The translations under genes were made by a program, and so were the position numbers. From a virus: 64,000 nt of DNA. This document shows, piece by piece, positions 55,601 through 64,000 of this stretch. The DNA lies in the IMG/VR virus record IMGVR_UViG_3300023213_000527; one strand, given 5' to 3'. The notes under the pieces are model-generated. The model was given only the letters and a program-made list of their open reading frames with translations, did no database searches and was not told the origin of the DNA. Numbering within the stretch: the stretch's first letter is position 1; each line of letters opens with the position of its first letter.

Positions 55601-58600
55601 GTAAATTGAGTTCTGTTGATGGAAAATCTAGCATTAGGTAATGCTACTGGCATAGGTGCATTAAGGATTAACGTTTGCCCGCTGACGTTAACGATGGTAT
55701 AACCGGTAGAGGCAAATCCAATTTCGTCAATAAAAATTGTATCACCCGGAAAGATGTTAAAACTGCTAAAATTTATGCTAGAAGTAACGGTGGCGCTTCC
55801 TAATATTGTGTTTAAATCAGTGGAAGCTACAATATCTCTGGCAGCCAAACCAACAATTTCTTCCGGATCCACTGTTCTAAATTTTTCATGTAAAAATGGT
55901 TTTAATCTTTGATTATACCTAATGATGTTAGGAACTTCTAACCCATCGATAAAGAGATGCATCTCATCTCTACTATTACGTGTATTCAATTTCCAAGAAG
56001 CCGCCACATGGTGTGATGACCCCGCGTTCCAAGAAGAAACGTCAGCGCTAACTGTAAATGCAGTGCCATTTTGATCAAACACCCGAAAAACCATGTATCC
56101 ACTGATGTCTTTGAAGATAGATAATCGGTTCTTTCCTTTACTTTGCCCAAAGTCCATCAAATAATGTTCTAGATCCGATAAGAAAGTTAATCCTTCATCA
56201 ATTTTAACAGTGGATGCTATGGAAAGTGTAACATTGTTGAGTCCAGTAGAAATGGACATATTGGAAGGCTTAGGAGGAATAATGCTTTTAACGTCATAGA
56301 ATAGTCCAGTGCTAGAAATTTTTGCCTGATATTGGTGAGCATATCCATCCACATATCCGTCAATGATCTCCAAAAACCATCTTTGAAATTTGCCAGAAGG
56401 ATCTTTGTCATAATAGACGAAAACACCGTCTTTATTAGTGTTTGGTTTTCCAGCAACATTGCCCAATTTAGTTACTGAAAAAGTGCCATTGGTTAAAGTA
56501 GGATGTGTTTCTCCTGCTCCAATAAAAATTCTGGAAGGATCAATGACGTAACCATCTCGTAAAATATTAAAGGTTAGAGCGGCATCGTTATCCAACCCAT
56601 TCCATTGAGGAACAACCCAAGTCTCAAAAGTTCCTTCCTCCAATCTAATATTGGCTCCTGTTGGAAAGCTAATGGTTTGGTTTGGTTGATTGATCAAAGC
56701 ACCATTGCCAAACTTGGCCGGGAGCAATTGAAATGAACCAGCAGTAGTGATGGGTTCTGGATTTAAAAGACTGCTACCTAGAGACCATCCTGCAAACACC
56801 GACTCGATTACATCTGGCTGGATATGAGAAATGGTTTTGCCGATATTTTTAATGGCGGTGACTGTGGGACCCTGTATAAAAGAAGAAAGAGCGGCGGTTA
56901 ATGCGTCCCGGTATCTCTCCCGATTAAAATCAACATCAAAGTTGGCTAACTCCGGAATATTTACTAAAGTGCCAAAATTTTTGAGCAAAGCATCCCGAAG
57001 TGCGCCGGCTTTGTAGGAAACGAAGTATTCAGTGTCTTTTGGAACAGTTTGGGTCGGAGTTCGAAAATCCAAAACATTGTCGCCAAACTCATAACTGACA
57101 ATGATTTCATCTGCAACATAAGTATAATCGATAAAGAAGTCTCCTTTGTTGTAATCCACGGCAATGCGCGCAGTATCTTGAATGGTAAAGGTGTAAGAAA
57201 TAGTTACTAAATCACCTGTCATCGGAGAATTGATTCCGGGCAGAATTAATTTGATGGGGTTCCCTGCAATCGCAGTGCCACTATTGCTCCAAAGTGAGGC
57301 GCCATCGCTTACTCTTACAACAAAAAAGGAATAATTAATGCCGGGAGATAGAAACGGCACATTTTCATTGACAGTTACAAACTTATTAATTCCATCGAAT
57401 TGAACGCTTCCAAAAAATTGTTTAGTGAATGGGGCAATATTAACATTGAATCCAGAAGCGGTGGTAGAGCCCACAAAATTGAATGGATGAGTGCTGTTTA
57501 TTAGATCGGAATATTCGTAAATGGCTCGAACAAATTTAACTTGGTTGGCGACGCCTGAGATGAAAGCGGTGCTGGAAAACACTCCTACCGAACCGCCCAA
57601 TATTTGATAAGGGGCTCCGCTAGTAAATAATAACTCAAGAGATTGATCTAGCCCAGTAGGAACAATATAGCCATCGGCGAATGAAGTATAAGAAAAGTTT
57701 TTGTTTTTGGGAGTCAAAGAGCTGATTCGGTAATAAATATCATCCACGCTGAGTACATGTGGAAACTTCGGAGTAATCTTATTGTCTTTGTAGATTATTG
57801 TTCCAATACTAACACTTTGGGTATTAGAAACTGCTACATACACAATTCCATTAATGTAGTCAATCATATAGTCGCCAACGTTTTTCAACCGATTAGTATT
57901 AAGCGTTTCAATTATTGTATTATCGAACCACCGTTCTGCGATGAATACATTATTGTTACTGAATGCAACGCTAGTATTGAAGGCTGCTCCCAACCCATCT
58001 TCAGTAGAAGAAATAATGGTGTTATTATTGAGTAAAATTTTGAATACTCTTAATCCGTTGGCATTTACCGATGTGGTATTAACAAATAACAATTCATTGG
58101 AAATTACTTGAAAAGAGGCTCGTTCGGCGTTTTGACTAATAACACGTGGCGGATTGTTGAACCTGAAATAAACTCTATTGTCATTCCAACGGTTAAGTGT
58201 ATATATTTCACCCGAAGTCTCATTAAAAATTCTGAACACATTTGTGATTGGTGAGTTTTTAGTTTTTAGTGCATTGGTCGCGAGTAAATTATTGCCAATT
58301 CTTTCAGTTAGTGCTTCGAGATGCACATTTGCATTGTAATCTATGCCAGGAGTCAAGACCTTTTCAAATTTGAAAGAAATGTTTCCGGCAGCATTAACTA
58401 AATTACCAAGAGGTAAAGCTACAATGTCTAAAGCATCTGGATCAAAACCATAATCTTGATCTAATTTATAGGTGAATTTATAATTGTAAGTAGCTAGGGG
58501 AGGAAATGGTCCAGTTCCATCATTAGTCAAATCACTTCCAAAAACATAAATCTGTCCCATGGTGTAATCAACGGAATATTGTCCAGGAGATGATGGCAAG

Positions 58601-59892
58601 GCATTAAATCTAAAAGGTATCTCAGTCAAAAAAGCTGGATGTTTGGCACCCGGTATGTTGCTATTAGGATCAGTAAATGTGATGCTGCCTAATGTTCCCG
58701 GACTTCCATCAGCATTAACTACGGGCGCATTTTGTAAGCTAAACACATTGATAATAGGTGGCAGTGGCTCTCTAACGGAACTCAAAGTCGAATACGTTGA
58801 AACCGATGTCGTATCTACCACAATGCCCAAATCTTTGTATTCATATTGTACATCCACTTTAAGAATATTATTTAAAGAAAAGTTAGGGTCATCTAAAATT
58901 CTTTCACTTAATCTAACTTGATTGTTAGCTAGTTGTAAATACCCAAATCCAAAATCTTGGTCATATCGAGCATTTTGAATTCTGTATCCTAAAGTTGGAA
59001 TGTTATAAACATACACGGGATTAGTAGTTGTTTGAGTAAAGACGACACTGGTAACTCTAGTTACTGGAGAATTCTTGAGATTGAGAGTAAGAGAATTGAT
59101 ATTAAATTGTCCGGCAACATCAGTTGATCCGATGGTTAATGTTTCTTGAACGATGGTTCTTTGGAGAGTAACGGGATAAGATGGGAAAACACTTAAAGAT
59201 ATAATGCTGTTAGTAATAGAATTGCTAGGAGTAAGTCCTACTCGTGAAATTTCAAAAGCACCTTCTTCATTCAATCTATCAAATGGTCCTCCGCCGCGGA
59301 CTTTACGTTCATCTATTACGGTAGTAGATAAATAATTCTCATTTTTAACTTGTCGAATATCATATAAAGCTCGAGAGAAATGAACAGCAAGTGATTTGAT
59401 ATACTTGCTGATAAGAGTAGCATCGTCCTCCAACCTATAAATGTTATCTTTGAAAAAACTAGTGAGAAAGTTTTTAACTGGATTGTCCGGATCTATGGGG
59501 CCTGTAATCAAAAATTTGTTAGTGATGCCATCTTCTGGCATCTTGGCATCTCCGTTCAAAGAAATAAAGGGAAATTGTGGTGTGGATTGAAACTGGAGAA
59601 AATATGCAGCTAGTGGAGTTAATGGCTGACACATAATAGCCAAAGTATTGCCTAAAACCGAAATTTGTAACACGCTAACTGGAGGAACTCCAGGCGTGTC
59701 AGGTATAATGGATACATTTGCCAAAACCAAATTAGGAGTTAATGGTTTGGTGAATGCAACATTGATATGAGCACTATCTATGATTTCAACGCTAAGTATT
59801 CGAAGGGGTGGTAAAGGTTTAGAGGTACCGGATATCGGAGGAATGCTTACTGGAACATTCATAGATGGATTAAGCAAAAAAAGGAATGGCAT
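52654..59892 (-). CDS. Giant baseplate wedge-like protein with LamG/ConA-like domains
   Basis: 2412 aa; GTFETW...HHVAASW...LFIDG and GTIEFW...WHRIKASY...LFLDG; repeated VDYT.G.IY; C-terminal LIK.LKPA. Confidence 0.65.
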   Translation of the reverse strand: MPFLFLLNPSMNVPVSIPPISGTSKPLPPLRILSVEIIDSAHINVAFTKPLTPNLVLANVSIIPDTPGVPPVSVLQISVLGNTLAIMCQPLTPLAAYFLQFQSTPQFPFISLNGDAKMPEDGITNKFLITGPIDPDNPVKNFLTSFFKDNIYRLEDDATLISKYIKSLAVHFSRALYDIRQVKNENYLSTTVIDERKVRGGGPFDRLNEEGAFEISRVGLTPSNSITNSIISLSVFPSYPVTLQRTIVQETLTIGSTDVAGQFNINSLTLNLKNSPVTRVTSVVFTQTTTNPVYVYNIPTLGYRIQNARYDQDFGFGYLQLANNQVRLSERILDDPNFSLNNILKVDVQYEYKDLGIVVDTTSVSTYSTLSSVREPLPPIINVFSLQNAPVVNADGSPGTLGSITFTDPNSNIPGAKHPAFLTEIPFRFNALPSSPGQYSVDYTMGQIYVFGSDLTNDGTGPFPPLATYNYKFTYKLDQDYGFDPDALDIVALPLGNLVNAAGNISFKFEKVLTPGIDYNANVHLEALTERIGNNLLATNALKTKNSPITNVFRIFNETSGEIYTLNRWNDNRVYFRFNNPPRVISQNAERASFQVISNELLFVNTTSVNANGLRVFKILLNNNTIISSTEDGLGAAFNTSVAFSNNNVFIAERWFDNTIIETLNTNRLKNVGDYMIDYINGIVYVAVSNTQSVSIGTIIYKDNKITPKFPHVLSVDDIYYRISSLTPKNKNFSYTSFADGYIVPTGLDQSLELLFTSGAPYQILGGSVGVFSSTAFISGVANQVKFVRAIYEYSDLINSTHPFNFVGSTTASGFNVNIAPFTKQFFGSVQFDGINKFVTVNENVPFLSPGINYSFFVVRVSDGASLWSNSGTAIAGNPIKLILPGINSPMTGDLVTISYTFTIQDTARIAVDYNKGDFFIDYTYVADEIIVSYEFGDNVLDFRTPTQTVPKDTEYFVSYKAGALRDALLKNFGTLVNIPELANFDVDFNRERYRDALTAALSSFIQGPTVTAIKNIGKTISHIQPDVIESVFAGWSLGSSLLNPEPITTAGSFQLLPAKFGNGALINQPNQTISFPTGANIRLEEGTFETWVVPQWNGLDNDAALTFNILRDGYVIDPSRIFIGAGETHPTLTNGTFSVTKLGNVAGKPNTNKDGVFVYYDKDPSGKFQRWFLEIIDGYVDGYAHQYQAKISSTGLFYDVKSIIPPKPSNMSISTGLNNVTLSIASTVKIDEGLTFLSDLEHYLMDFGQSKGKNRLSIFKDISGYMVFRVFDQNGTAFTVSADVSSWNAGSSHHVAASWKLNTRNSRDEMHLFIDGLEVPNIIRYNQRLKPFLHEKFRTVDPEEIVGLAARDIVASTDLNTILGSATVTSSINFSSFNIFPGDTIFIDEIGFASTGYTIVNVSGQTLILNAPMPVALPNARFSINRTQFTVISDIDIAPNIAVTTIHAFVSGNDLFGSLGSTTVTSVGTNFTIANVQPGYLIGITSISSPVTFVVLQVAGNSLILDSSLPSNLSGASFSIYSNSETEIPGVRALHPSYSISKSTDGYFNNILTISNNVFAKDLILIRTLGYNHSSCKKRYYLWSNLQENVLMTRLPPPISLDEAKITKIILPVVAIGPNNSTLVSGIFQSSNLTVSQPIASQSGRHLTITLGGTNADFSTPAQVQINGFVGTGTITETITFSNYGSLDTVNRFFSVNYINASIKPLNSSKNAANLEVKEKFTLTYPELSNQNPIVRFSYQIGGGFTLRSTGSNTVRDDHNTFSSLDVGNYLLINSPSSVAGWYLITSIATTDRRSITIQPTNASGAIPLPVFTNGIYQVLNVSSFRSGLQNGYFTFEQSNSPGQGYLLTSGFYDLNYFTYARIKIDPLATLVFLGSDLSGNNQLNGILNQSIIYSVKLTDTRIGESIPATQRSVTKDFNSLKPLKPDINTLVLITFNNFPFTNDALFYIDTPTSKQPFRSSVVINDNFGRSGVILDQPLIISNNGILDTRKEGTIEFWTSPLFDTANDPNERFFFDAFGAIVEEAISVNNFSVKVLSPASKILNVRLKGGDPTIDYFAGGQLEIDTQRAIQEQTVSLSSSSVVTGNPILQVITVKISGDLTGTDYFAGGAVGSDKKTIFLGKVLPSSHLPLIVTYQSATNGNDTLNTQVIRLNRELPSQKTRVLVTYLPQGLQGDRIAIFKDNFGFVNFVITASGQDFVLRGPTRWVRNTWHRIKASYKLNSGAGLDKMKLFLDGYEYTNVLVGTDVIIGDFPFVSGSSFVGDGYNIDGYLIPTNIRFKDPINDLFIGTKYTGESPLFSLIDNFRISDIFRPIYAPFGEPLDVNYSTNLNAVFPVTQDLFTTLLLNFDVIRVLNTDFTTLINKTTGLFDFTVNVKDSFGIVNSNIKSKNALEKLIKVLKPANSRVFIQYTR

Positions 59893-59893
59893 T

Positions 59894-62800
59894 TTATCGA
59901 GTTTCGGTGTTTATGATCAAATTATTAGCACCAAAAAATTCATCCCCTTGTGCTTGGACTTTTGACAATGATCCGGAAACTCCTGTCTTATTGAAGTATA
60001 TAATTCTGGCTCTCGTAATTCCTGAAACAGCTTGAGCAACGTTGATAAGTGTAATCGTATCTACGATTCCGCCTAATGTCGTGGTTGTCAGAGCAGTGGT
60101 TAGTTTGTCTCGAAGATTTTGTAACACCGTAGTGGTTGAAGAAATAAAATTAGGATCAATGACTACATTCATAGTGAGATCTAATAGGGTAAGTTTGGCA
60201 GCTCTTACTAGAACGTCAGCATTAATAGGTCTGGTATTCTCTATATTAAAAGTAACATCACTAATTAATTTATTAAAGTTATATTGAATAACTATTCTCT
60301 CATTCTGCTTAGGAGCAAGATAGTCATAGAAGATTTTGTATCTAGCTCCTAAATTTGGTTGGGTGAAAGAGGTAGCAGTAATTTTGGCCGATTGAGATGT
60401 ATTGAACCCGCTTGAAATGAAAATTTTATTGATTAGAGCGAATTTTTTATTTGTGTAAAGCAAACCATTCCGTGTATAGACTAAGTTTTCCTGATCTCCA
60501 TCGGTAGTGTAATAAAAGGTAACTCTTAATTTATCTCCTAATTTTGGTAAATTATGAACTTGAACATCGGAAAGGTTATTCTGGGTTGATGGTAATATGA
60601 ATTCTAAATTTTGTAACGTTGGATTCGATAGCATTTCTCCAGCAAATAGAAGATTATTTTGCACTGTAGTATTTGCAGTATCGTAAGTAGCAAGAACCTG
60701 AAGCACAATATCATTCGACGAACTCACAGTAACTACTTTTTCCAATTTAACAACTTTGGCAGCTTTAATATTATTGGGTATTGCCACAGTGCTTGCTAAA
60801 TTAAGAGATTTTCTAACGGCTTCTGATAAATTCTGTCTGAGACCGGTATTGATAGCGGTGAAGATAATATCTTGAGCAATAGTTAGCGATGTTCCTAAAA
60901 CATTAACAATACCAGAATTGGTTACCTGATCTGCTATAGTGCTGGCTAATCGAGTAGCTGATTTTTTGAGACGAGCAAATCTGAATAACATCACATACAC
61001 TTTATCATTGAGTAGCGCTGTCGAGGATGTGGGAATCAATATTTTATTGGCGGAAACATTGATGGTTCCAGAATAATTCCAGATTTCTTTACCATCTAAT
61101 ACTCTAATAACGGAGATTTGATCCGCGGTAATCTTACTTACTACGTTAGTGATGGTTAGAGTGTTAGTTGAAGTATTATAGGCAGTAATGTCATATCTAC
61201 CGCTATTACTAGGGTTGGTTGCTCCTGTGATTATAACTTTTTTATAGAGCAAATCTGGCAAGGTAGCAAAGTTAACGCTTGAACTAGTTAGTCCTGCAGT
61301 TCCATCTACATTGGAAGTTAAATAACCATCTGTCACCCTAAATAGGACAGTGTTATTGGTTGCTTCCACTATTGTGAAATTAAGACCGCTCGATTGTGAG
61401 GTGATGGTATTAAGCACGACTGTAAATTGTCCGGTGGGAGTGTCTAAAGTCAATGAATCCGCTCTACTTTTAATAATGGAATTACTAAAACTGAAGGGTT
61501 GAAATCTTTTGATGTCGGTGTCATAATAGATCACCAGAACACGATCCCCGGCAGCCGGAGAGTTGGATCCTGAAAATATCAATTGAAAGTTGCCAGAAGC
61601 ACCGATGACAATAGTTCCGGGATTATCTAAATTCCAAAGTTCTAATCCGTCCGATAGACGAATAACGGAAACAATTTGCGATACATTCAAAGAAAAGTCG
61701 GATGCTGGTAAAGTTATTTCTACAAAGAACTGGTTACTTAAATTCTTTTGAATAATTTGACTTTCTCTTCGAGAAATATTAACTGGACTAAAATTATTAA
61801 ATCCAGTGTTGTTAGACAATTGAAAACCATTACCAATACGACTCATCGGAAGAGTGGTGGTCGCAGTAGAAGCTAAATCAGTAATGCTAGTAATGTAAGA
61901 AACCCGAAGGGTAATTGCGGTGGCAGTGGTATTAACTAGTGACGATGGAATAGTAATTTGAGTGCCCGAGCTGCTGCCAGCGGTAGTGGAAGACGAAAAT
62001 ACATCAGCGCTATTAACAATTACCGTTATTTGATCTCCATTACTAGCAACCGTATCCGTCGGTAAAATTATGGTAGTAACATTCAACACCTGAATGCCAA
62101 CTACTGCGGTTGCATTTGAAAAACTCCCATCGCCTTGAGGAGTTACAAATAATTCTGTATTAGTATTTTTGAATACGATAGAATCTACAGTAGTAGTTGG
62201 GTTGGCTAGGTTCGGAAGAACAACTGATAATCTATTAGTAAATACCCCAGAAGTTACCTGTTGAACTGTTCCATCCAATTCTAAAAACTTTTTGGCAGAG
62301 ACAACGGTTCCAATTGGCAAAGTTGCTGTCCCCTGAAAAAAGTTACCAGTATTATCTATTACAAATGTTATTCGTTCGTTTTGAATGTTGGAGGCAAGTC
62401 CCCAATCCACGCTATCAGTTACAGATCTAGAATTGAAAGTGTGTTGCAATCCATCGTAATCAGAATATTGATCGAAATTGACTAACCAACTGTAATCTAC
62501 TTGTAAAGTATCGCTGGGTGCTGGAAGAGTATTTCCAGAAATTTGGATGCGCCCAGTTGTATTGAAGGTGCCGGTGTTGTCAAAATTCTGATTAGTAATG
62601 ACATATCTTTCTCCAGTATTAACGTTAAATACACGGGTAACGTTAGTAGTAGGAGTATGCAATAAAGTAATGAGAGAACGATCAAAACCTACAGTGCTGT
62701 TTTCATTGGTAATGGATACGTTTTGTTGTGCTTGTGGGATATTGATGGTGCCAGTGAAAGTTAAAGTGTCCTGTCCATTATATTGACCTTTGATTCTATC

Positions 62801-63994
62801 TTCATTAAATCCGGAAATCTTGTTACTAATCCAGTGAAAAGTATCAAAGCCGAATGGGCTTCCACCAAAAATTCCGGTATCCTTGATTAAAGTATAGTTG
62901 CCAGAAGTACGACCATATCCATCAATACTTTTGGATTGAAAATTGGAGCCACTGATAGATCCTGTTACTGAAAGAATAGCATTGGCTGGCTGAATAGGCA
63001 GCTGCCCATTTTTAATATCATCGATTCTGCGTCTATTAGTAGTTTTGTTAGCATCTGCAGCAATTTGTCCTAAAATAAAGTCATTCTTGGAATTGGTAGG
63101 ATCGTTATTATTACTTTTATCTATAAAGATGAAACTATCAGTATTTTGAACCAAATTAGATCCTAAAATGACTACATCCACTTTGCCGCCAGATCCCTCT
63201 GAGGTAATAGTTCTAGTTCCGTCAGTGGCGATACTAACTACAGTGCCATCTCGAGTCATTAATGGATTGCCGGGCTCGATAACAGCGGCATCGGTAACTC
63301 CGGTAGTTCCCAAGGCCACATTCAAATATCCCAAAGCAGTTCCCACACTGGATCCGCTAAAGGACGCTAATATTCTATTTCGGAAGGAGGCATCATTTTC
63401 TTGATCCGTACCGCCAGTAAATGGATTAATATTGGTGACATTAGATACTCCAGTGATGGTAGTGCGACTTAGTGAGAATTTACCGATATTTCCTGCTGCA
63501 CCAGCTGTTGTAGCAACCACAGTTGCTTCAGCAGCAAATTGGTCGCTAATGCCAGCGATAGTGAGTTGATCTTGAAATTTGCTGGCAACAGAACGAAAAA
63601 AATTGGCAGATGCAGGTGTTACTGATAATCCGGCAGTCACCGAAAAAGAAAATCCGTTAGAGGCAATAACTATATCCCCCCGATTAATGTTAATAGGAGA
63701 ATTGATAGCAGAAAAGGTTAATAGGGCAACTCCACTAGACGAAGTGGCTTGCCTTCTGATGATTCCGAAGTTCTTGGCAAGTTTATCGAGATCAGAACCA
63801 ACCACTAATCTCATGGATTGTTGAATAGAAACACCCGAAATTTCGTCGTAAAGAAGGGAAAGTTGGGCGGCTGGACCATCGATAAACAGATCACGAGCAA
63901 CTTGGCCTGGTTTAGTATCCAAGTCTGGCTGCACTAACCGATAAAAATCAATCAAGCTGAGAATTATCTCATTGCTACTGCGTATTGTGACCAT
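59894..63994 (-). CDS. Baseplate J-like (wedge) protein
   Basis: DTKPGQVARDL, GSDLDKLAKNFG..RR.A..S.G, A..AG..GNI, GGTDQENDA.FR.R, C-terminal LINVAQAVSGI. Confidence 0.8.
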   Translation of the reverse strand: MVTIRSSNEIILSLIDFYRLVQPDLDTKPGQVARDLFIDGPAAQLSLLYDEISGVSIQQSMRLVVGSDLDKLAKNFGIIRRQATSSSGVALLTFSAINSPININRGDIVIASNGFSFSVTAGLSVTPASANFFRSVASKFQDQLTIAGISDQFAAEATVVATTAGAAGNIGKFSLSRTTITGVSNVTNINPFTGGTDQENDASFRNRILASFSGSSVGTALGYLNVALGTTGVTDAAVIEPGNPLMTRDGTVVSIATDGTRTITSEGSGGKVDVVILGSNLVQNTDSFIFIDKSNNNDPTNSKNDFILGQIAADANKTTNRRRIDDIKNGQLPIQPANAILSVTGSISGSNFQSKSIDGYGRTSGNYTLIKDTGIFGGSPFGFDTFHWISNKISGFNEDRIKGQYNGQDTLTFTGTINIPQAQQNVSITNENSTVGFDRSLITLLHTPTTNVTRVFNVNTGERYVITNQNFDNTGTFNTTGRIQISGNTLPAPSDTLQVDYSWLVNFDQYSDYDGLQHTFNSRSVTDSVDWGLASNIQNERITFVIDNTGNFFQGTATLPIGTVVSAKKFLELDGTVQQVTSGVFTNRLSVVLPNLANPTTTVDSIVFKNTNTELFVTPQGDGSFSNATAVVGIQVLNVTTIILPTDTVASNGDQITVIVNSADVFSSSTTAGSSSGTQITIPSSLVNTTATAITLRVSYITSITDLASTATTTLPMSRIGNGFQLSNNTGFNNFSPVNISRRESQIIQKNLSNQFFVEITLPASDFSLNVSQIVSVIRLSDGLELWNLDNPGTIVIGASGNFQLIFSGSNSPAAGDRVLVIYYDTDIKRFQPFSFSNSIIKSRADSLTLDTPTGQFTVVLNTITSQSSGLNFTIVEATNNTVLFRVTDGYLTSNVDGTAGLTSSSVNFATLPDLLYKKVIITGATNPSNSGRYDITAYNTSTNTLTITNVVSKITADQISVIRVLDGKEIWNYSGTINVSANKILIPTSSTALLNDKVYVMLFRFARLKKSATRLASTIADQVTNSGIVNVLGTSLTIAQDIIFTAINTGLRQNLSEAVRKSLNLASTVAIPNNIKAAKVVKLEKVVTVSSSNDIVLQVLATYDTANTTVQNNLLFAGEMLSNPTLQNLEFILPSTQNNLSDVQVHNLPKLGDKLRVTFYYTTDGDQENLVYTRNGLLYTNKKFALINKIFISSGFNTSQSAKITATSFTQPNLGARYKIFYDYLAPKQNERIVIQYNFNKLISDVTFNIENTRPINADVLVRAAKLTLLDLTMNVVIDPNFISSTTTVLQNLRDKLTTALTTTTLGGIVDTITLINVAQAVSGITRARIIYFNKTGVSGSLSKVQAQGDEFFGANNLIINTETR

Positions 63995-64000
63995 TACTTG

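Noticed and set aside
1-64000. CRISPR array, tRNA or rRNA genes
   Set aside because: No regularly spaced repeats or cloverleaf/T-loop patterns were recognised. A tRNAscan or CRISPR finder run would be definitive.

Overview
An AT-rich, densely coding 64-kb segment of what looks like a large (jumbo/huge) tailed phage genome in the standard genetic code; the phage origin is inferred from gene content. Left part (0.5-12.6 kb): nucleotide-metabolism and host-takeover genes, namely dUTPase, HD hydrolase, a SET-domain protein, two DEDDh exonucleases, translation factor IF-1, a lipoprotein trypsin-like protease, GuaC/IMPDH, ThyX, a macro-like protein and an FAD oxidoreductase. 12.7-20.7 kb: a tail fibre/tailspike cluster. 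20.7-24.6 kb: a mobile-element hotspot with a free-standing LAGLIDADG endonuclease, a broken P-loop kinase, methionine aminopeptidase and three internally deleted IS200/IS605 (tnpB) miniature elements. 24.6-37.5 kb: PhoH, an intein-containing class II RNR, a sigma factor, DnaB/DnaC-like proteins, a UvsW-like helicase and a GH25 lysin. 38-49 kb: a tubulin/FtsZ homologue and a sugar-nucleotide/glycosyltransferase cluster interleaved with an Fpg/Nei glycosylase and Zn-ribbon nucleases. 49-64 kb: three very large baseplate/virion proteins. The most striking hidden structure is at 23.45-24.15 kb. Two different tnpB-derived elements converge right-end to right-end on a 46-bp fragment of the neighbouring gene, so each would-be guide RNA points at that gene. 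The intact neighbouring copy differs from the fragment by synonymous changes at both TAMs and both seed regions. No tRNA, rRNA or CRISPR array was recognised.
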